A stretch of 64,000 bases of DNA from an uncultured Planctomycetota bacterium (GTDB taxonomy: Bacteria; Planctomycetota; PLA2; JAEUHO01). Under the pieces are notes generated by a model. It did not search any database and was not told where the DNA came from. It saw only the letters and a program-made list of their open reading frames with translations. Within the stretch, counting starts at the first letter, position 1, and every line of letters starts with the position of its first letter. The DNA is taken from positions 192,001 through 256,000 of the forward strand of contig CAVVXN010000005.1 in NCBI GenBank assembly GCA_963752285.1. The letters are read 5' to 3'. Of the stretch, positions 59,403 to 64,000 are shown piece by piece. Both the position numbers and the translations under genes were made by a program.

Positions 59403-60413
59403 CTACGCCTTGGCGGCTTCCTGTTCGAGCTCCTTCTCGACCTCGGCCGCCTTCTTGCCCGCCGTCGTGTCCTCGTACTTCTTCGAGAGCATCGGCTGGA
59501 GCTTCTTCAGCGCCTTCTTCGGGGCCATGTCGCGGATCTCGTCCAGGATCTTGGCGAGCTTCTCTCCCGCCTTCACCTCGCGCTTCCGAGCCTCGTCGGA
59601 GAGGAGGTCCGTGAGCGCCGCGTCCGCCTTCGAGGCCAGGTCGTGGTGCTTGTACAGATCGGCGACCCGGGCGAGCTCCACGGAGGCGTCGTAGTACTTG
59701 CCGGCGTCCACCGCCTTCTGGGCGCTCTCGAGCGTGGAGGTACCGTACCAGACCAGCCAGTCGCGCACGCCCTCGGCGGCCGTCTTGTCGTCGCCCTCGA
59801 GCTTGCCGCCCTCGAGGTGCTTCTCGACCTTGGCGATCGCCTCGGCGTAGTGCTCCTTGAGGAAGACCTTCTTCACGTCGTCGAGGGCGTCCGGCCACCT
59901 CGGGAGGATCTTCGCGCTCGAGAGCTCCTCCTCGAGCTTGCTCTCGGGGAACTCGCCGGGATGGCCGACCCAGAGGACCCGCCCGCCCGTGTCGATGAGG
60001 ACGGCCGAGGGGTACGACGTACGGCCGTACGCCTTCATGCTGTCCGACCTCTCGCTGACGGTCGGGTACTTGACGGAGAAGTCCGCGACGAACTTCTCGA
60101 CGTCGCTCTTGGCGGACTTGCTGATGCCGATGACCTCGACGCCCTTGGACCCGTACTTCTCGAAGAGCTCGTTCAGGTGGACCACCTGCTTCTGGCAAGG
60201 CACTCAGGTGACGCTGAACAGCTCGAGGAACACGACGTGCCCGCGCTGCTCCTTCAAGGTCGTCGGCTCGGTGTTGAAGTAGTCCCGACCCTCGAAGTCG
60301 GGCGCGCTCTCACCGGGCGCGATCTCCGCGTGCGCCGACGGGAGCGGGGCGCCGAGGAGGAAGAGCAACGCGAGGAGGAGCCCGAGGGGGAAGCTTCGGC
60401 GAACGGACGTCAT
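59403..60413 (-). CDS. Exported TlpA/redoxin-family thioredoxin-fold protein with in-frame UGA (probable selenocysteine, UxxC) and helical C-terminal domain
   Basis: Signal peptide, APDFEG, VVFLELFSVT-[TGA 60204-60206]-VPC, VIGIS, YPSAVLIDTGG; the two predicted ORFs are contiguous and in frame. Confidence 0.8.
60174..60188 (-). promoter_or_regulatory. Putative bacterial SECIS hairpin
   Basis: CAGGTG-GTC-CACCTG stem-loop beginning 16 nt 3' of the in-frame UGA, G at first loop position. Confidence 0.6.
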
Positions 60414-60475
60414 GAGAGAGTCTCCAGGGCGGCGGCGCCCGTTCCAGTACGCACCGGAATTGTAGCCTCGGTCCG

Positions 60476-63004
60476 TCAGCCGCCGAGAACCTCGGGCGGA
60501 TCCCGCCACGGCCGGCGGCCCCGGAAGGCCTCGAGGTGGGTCTCGATCTCGGCGCGTCGCGCCGAGTCGGAGGTCCCGACCCTCTCCAGGGCCCGCTCGG
60601 CCGCGGGTACGGCGTCGGTGAAGCGCCCCGCCTCCGCGTAGGCCGCGGCGAGCGTGTCGAGCTGGGTCGCCGTGGGGCTCTCCGTCCCGCCGACCAGACG
60701 CTCGGCCAGGACGACCGCTTCGGTGCCGTCGCGGACGGCCGCCTCGGGAGCCGTGGCCAGGAGCCACGCGAGGCTGGTCAGGACCTGGGGGTCCTTCGGA
60801 GCCGTCTCGAGGGCGGCCCGCAGGTGCTTCACCGCCTCGCCGCGGCGTCCGAGCCGGATCAGGATCGTGCTCGCCGCGCCGTGGGCCTCGAGGCTCGACG
60901 GCTCGCGAAGGAGCCAGTCGTCGTAGGCGTGGAGCGCGCCCTTCAGGTCCCCGGCCTGGTAGAGGGCGAAGGCGAGCCGGCGAAGGCTCCGCGTGAGGCT
61001 CCGGTCGAGGTCGAGCGCCTTCTCCAGGTGGTCGATCGCGCCCTGGAGGTCCTGGTCCTCGCCCTCGAGCAGCTCGTAGCCGAGCCCGTCGTGCGCGGCG
61101 GCGCAGGTCGGATCGACCTTCACGGCCGCCGCGAAGGCCTCCCGCGCCTCCTTCTTCTTCCCGAGACGGTCGAGGGCCCAGCCGAGCTGGACGCGCGCCG
61201 GCGCGTACTCGGCGTTCACCGACACGGCCTTCTCGAACTTCTCTACCGCGTCCTCCAGCCGACCCGACTTCACGAGCTCGAGGCCCTGGTCCATCGCGCG
61301 GCGGTGTTCGACGCCGGGGACCTCGATCGTCTGGAACTGGCTGTACGGCACGTTCACGAACTCGGGCAGGTTCACGGCCCGGTTCGCGGCCGTGGAGTGC
61401 GGAATCAGAACCGCCGGCGTGTCGTTACCCTCTCCGTCGAGGTGGGTGAGGAACATCTGCGTGTAGGGCGTGTTCGACTTGGACGTGAACACCAACCAGT
61501 GGCCGTTCGGCGAGAAGGAGTGCCACGAGTTCATGCGCCACGTGTTGCAGCGCATCTCGTGCGCTTTCCCCCCCGCGAGCGGGACGATCCACAGGCGGCC
61601 GTCCGGGCGGAGGAGCTGGGCGTTGTGGCACTTGACGTACACGAGCCAGCGCCCGTCGGGCGAGACCTTGGGGAAGGTGTTGCTCATCCCGTTCTTGGAG
61701 GCGCCCTCGATCGCGACCGGCGTCCCGCCCTTCCCGCCGTTGAACGGGATCCGGTAGAGGTCGTACTGGATGCGGGGCTCGTTGGGGTCGCCCGGGTACG
61801 CGGCGAGCGGCTTGTCCTCGCCGTAGGGGTCGAACGCCGGGGCGCGCGCGAAGACGAGGTCCTTGCCGTCGGGGGTCCAGACCGCGCTGCAATGCACGTA
61901 GTCCGTGTCGTCCGCACCGGGAAGCGCCTTCATCTCCTTCGTCTCGCGGTCGTACCAGGCCAGGATGCCGCGGGTGGGGAAGAAGACCTGGAGGATCTCG
62001 TAGTTCGTGAAGTTCGCGACGTAGAGCTTCTCGTTGACGGTCGAGACGGCGTAGCGCCCGGTGGGTGACATGCGCGAGAGGAACCCGAGGGTGTTGAGTC
62101 CCGGGGTCTTCCCCGGGAAGGCGTTCCACGTGATGATGTCGTCGTACCCGATCACGACGTCCTTCTTCACGGGCACGATCGCGTACGTCCCCTTGTCGCC
62201 GTCCGGACCGTCCACGTCCATTCCCAGGGTCGAGCCGTCCTGCGAGAAGGAGTGACAGTTGGCGCACGTGGGCATGTGGGAGAGGACCACGCGGCTCTCG
62301 GGCCGGGAGACGTCGCGGAGCCGCCAGTTGATCAGCTTCACCGTGCCCTTGGCGAGCGGCTGGATGACGCCCTTCTCCGTCTTGCCGGGCGCGAGGGGCA
62401 CGTCGCGGTAGAAGATGGGCGCGCCGACCGGGTCCTTCGAGGTCTCGAAGCGGAGGTGGCCGCGCGACAGGGCCTTCCCCGGCGACGCGGACGCGACACC
62501 CGTGATCGTGAGGCGGGCCCACCGCTCGGTCGTCTTCTTCACGACGGCCCGCCAGAGGTCCTCGCTCGGCGTCCACGCGTGGGCGAAGGCGCCGGGGCGG
62601 TCCGGGAGACGGTTCGTCGGGGCTTCGCAGTCGATGTCGATCGGGCCGTACTCCGGCGGCGACCCCGGGACGAGGGCGCGGAGCGGGGGCCCTCCGTCCT
62701 CCGGCGCGATCTCGACCACCCAGCCGTCCACGCCGTCGGTGTCGTCGGTCCAGCGGACCGTCGGCGGCACGAGGTCGGGGGGGTAGACCGTCTCGTCGAG
62801 CGGGTAGTCGATCGCGAGGGCGGCGCCGGCCTTGGCCGTCGCGGCCTCCCCGAGCGAGGGAACGCGGTCCGAGGCGGTCGCGGCCGGGAGCCCCCACCCC
62901 GGGGCCTCGATGGCCAGGGCGCCCGGGGACGAGGGCGGCGCCTCCTTACCGCATCCGGCGAAGATCGTGGCCAGGACCGCGAGGAACGCGTACGTACGTC
63001 GCAC
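60476..63004 (-). CDS. Lipoprotein with CxxCH motif, TolB/PD40-like beta-propeller and C-terminal TPRs
   Basis: Lipobox FAGC; TCANCHSF; WTPDGK, FPKVSPDGRW, SWHSFSPNGHWLVF; TPR helices; LAWLLAT...LDTLAAAYAEAG. Confidence 0.85.
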   Translation of the reverse strand: MRRTYAFLAVLATIFAGCGKEAPPSSPGALAIEAPGWGLPAATASDRVPSLGEAATAKAGAALAIDYPLDETVYPPDLVPPTVRWTDDTDGVDGWVVEIAPEDGGPPLRALVPGSPPEYGPIDIDCEAPTNRLPDRPGAFAHAWTPSEDLWRAVVKKTTERWARLTITGVASASPGKALSRGHLRFETSKDPVGAPIFYRDVPLAPGKTEKGVIQPLAKGTVKLINWRLRDVSRPESRVVLSHMPTCANCHSFSQDGSTLGMDVDGPDGDKGTYAIVPVKKDVVIGYDDIITWNAFPGKTPGLNTLGFLSRMSPTGRYAVSTVNEKLYVANFTNYEILQVFFPTRGILAWYDRETKEMKALPGADDTDYVHCSAVWTPDGKDLVFARAPAFDPYGEDKPLAAYPGDPNEPRIQYDLYRIPFNGGKGGTPVAIEGASKNGMSNTFPKVSPDGRWLVYVKCHNAQLLRPDGRLWIVPLAGGKAHEMRCNTWRMNSWHSFSPNGHWLVFTSKSNTPYTQMFLTHLDGEGNDTPAVLIPHSTAANRAVNLPEFVNVPYSQFQTIEVPGVEHRRAMDQGLELVKSGRLEDAVEKFEKAVSVNAEYAPARVQLGWALDRLGKKKEAREAFAAAVKVDPTCAAAHDGLGYELLEGEDQDLQGAIDHLEKALDLDRSLTRSLRRLAFALYQAGDLKGALHAYDDWLLREPSSLEAHGAASTILIRLGRRGEAVKHLRAALETAPKDPQVLTSLAWLLATAPEAAVRDGTEAVVLAERLVGGTESPTATQLDTLAAAYAEAGRFTDAVPAAERALERVGTSDSARRAEIETHLEAFRGRRPWRDPPEVLGG

Positions 63005-63133
63005 CGATCTCTCCGTTGCCGTCGCCGAAAGCTCGGGCTCATCGTACCGGCCGCCGGACGGCGGCGCGGTCGCGCGGGTCCATCGGAGGTGGGCGGCGAC
63101 GTGCGGCGGGCGTCTCGCGGGCGGGTCGCGCGC

Positions 63134-63352
63134 CTACGACTCGGCGATCGGGATCCGCGTCCATCGCGTGGGCCGTCGGCACTCCGGGCACGGTGGATAG
63201 CGCGCGGGGGGAACCACCATCGCGAGCTCCATGCGATGGCAGTCGCTCCGGAAGATCCCCGGCGACGCGCAGGCGCTCCCCGTCGAGCCGAGGGCTTCCG
63301 TCGCGTGGTCGGAGGCGGGCTGCGTGGGGATGGCGGGCTCCCGGGCCGGCAC
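63134..63352 (-). CDS. Possible small zinc-ribbon (YjzC-like) protein
   Basis: STGSACASPGIFRSDCH..E...YPPCPEC....W pattern; start codon uncertain. Confidence 0.4.
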   Translation of the reverse strand: MPAREPAIPTQPASDHATEALGSTGSACASPGIFRSDCHRMELAMVVPPARYPPCPECRRPTRWTRIPIAES

Positions 63353-63476
63353 CCTGGAAACCTGGTGACCGGTCCGGGTGGCCCGATCGGCCGAATGGCG
63401 CCTCGGACTTGAGGGTCCGAAATCGAGAGATGGGACGGCGGGCCCGCGGCCCGGCCGTCGTGCGGCCCGCCGCGCG

Positions 63477-64000
63477 CTACTGGAAGAGCATCTGGTGGTA
63501 CGTGGGGAAGGGCCAGAGCGAGGCGTCGCTCCGGCGTTCCACGGCGTCCGCGGCCGCACGGAGCTCGGCCATCGCGGGCACGAGGTGGTCGGTCAGGTGG
63601 CGCGCCTCCCGGTCGGGGTCGTCCTCGGGCGCCTCCCGGAGCGCGCGGCGAACCGCGTTCAGCCCGCGGAAGACCTGGTTCAGCGCGTCGGTGAAGTGCG
63701 CGAGCTCCGCGCGCTGCTCGTCGGTGGGGAGGCCCAGCTCGGACGCGGCGCGGATCGACTCCGCCGCCATCCGCTGGTGTGCGAGCCCGGCGGGGAGCAC
63801 GCCCGTCTTGACCATCCGGAGCATCTGGACGCCCTCGATGACGAGGTGGCGACCGTACGCCTCGAGCGAGACGCGATGGCGCGCGCGGATCTCGTGCGGA
63901 CGGAAGACGCCGTAGCGTTCCAAGAGCTCCACGTTCGACGGCTCGAGAAGCGACTCGAGCGCCGCGGGGGTGTCCTTCGCGTTGGGCAGGCCGCGGCGTT
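63477..64000 (-). CDS. glnA: Type III glutamine synthetase, C-terminal part (partial)
   Basis: RRGLPNAKDTPAAL...YGVF...EIRAR...IEG...M...VLPA...MAELRAAADAVE...LWPFPTYHQMLF. Confidence 0.85.
   Translation of the reverse strand, partial: RRGLPNAKDTPAALESLLEPSNVELLERYGVFRPHEIRARHRVSLEAYGRHLVIEGVQMLRMVKTGVLPAGLAHQRMAAESIRAASELGLPTDEQRAELAHFTDALNQVFRGLNAVRRALREAPEDDPDREARHLTDHLVPAMAELRAAADAVERRSDASLWPFPTYHQMLFQ

Noticed and set aside
59403..60413. Two separate genes or a nonsense pseudogene
   Set aside because: The TGA falls at the catalytic position of UxxC with a downstream hairpin, so Sec read-through is more parsimonious.

Overview
Very GC-rich bacterial chromosomal window. The gene content suggests Planctomycetota (inference, no search run). 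1.5-25.3 kb is a minus-strand cluster: MoxR AAA+ ATPase, DUF58, BatA/vWA, vWA, two PQQ-like beta-propeller proteins, two prenyltransferase/squalene-oxidase-repeat proteins and coiled-coil membrane/exported proteins, with larE just downstream. 25.8-44.5 kb holds housekeeping and envelope genes: pssA, a FolK-PanC fusion, panD, an AroD-AroE-AroK triple fusion, rfbB, a thermonuclease, an M64 peptidase, TPR/HEAT proteins and a PilZ protein. 44.6-51.3 kb is an accessory-looking stretch with an 8-copy 97-bp hairpin tandem array, gene fragments and an elongator tRNA-Met(CAT). The tRNA is followed by three 180-bp tandem repeats plus one displaced copy, each carrying the tRNA's 3' 32 nt. 51.4-64 kb holds ChaN, NYN, DUF4375, tnaA, FetA/FetB-like ABC genes, ade, hpt, a TlpA-like redoxin with an in-frame UGA in a UxxC motif plus a SECIS-like hairpin (probable selenoprotein), a PD40/TPR CxxCH lipoprotein and the 3' end of a type III glutamine synthetase. 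Window-wide signals: an intergenic 12-mer GTGGACCGCGCG (8 perfect copies seen) and many apparently leaderless genes (TAnnnT 6-9 nt before the start codon). All family calls come from motif recognition by eye.
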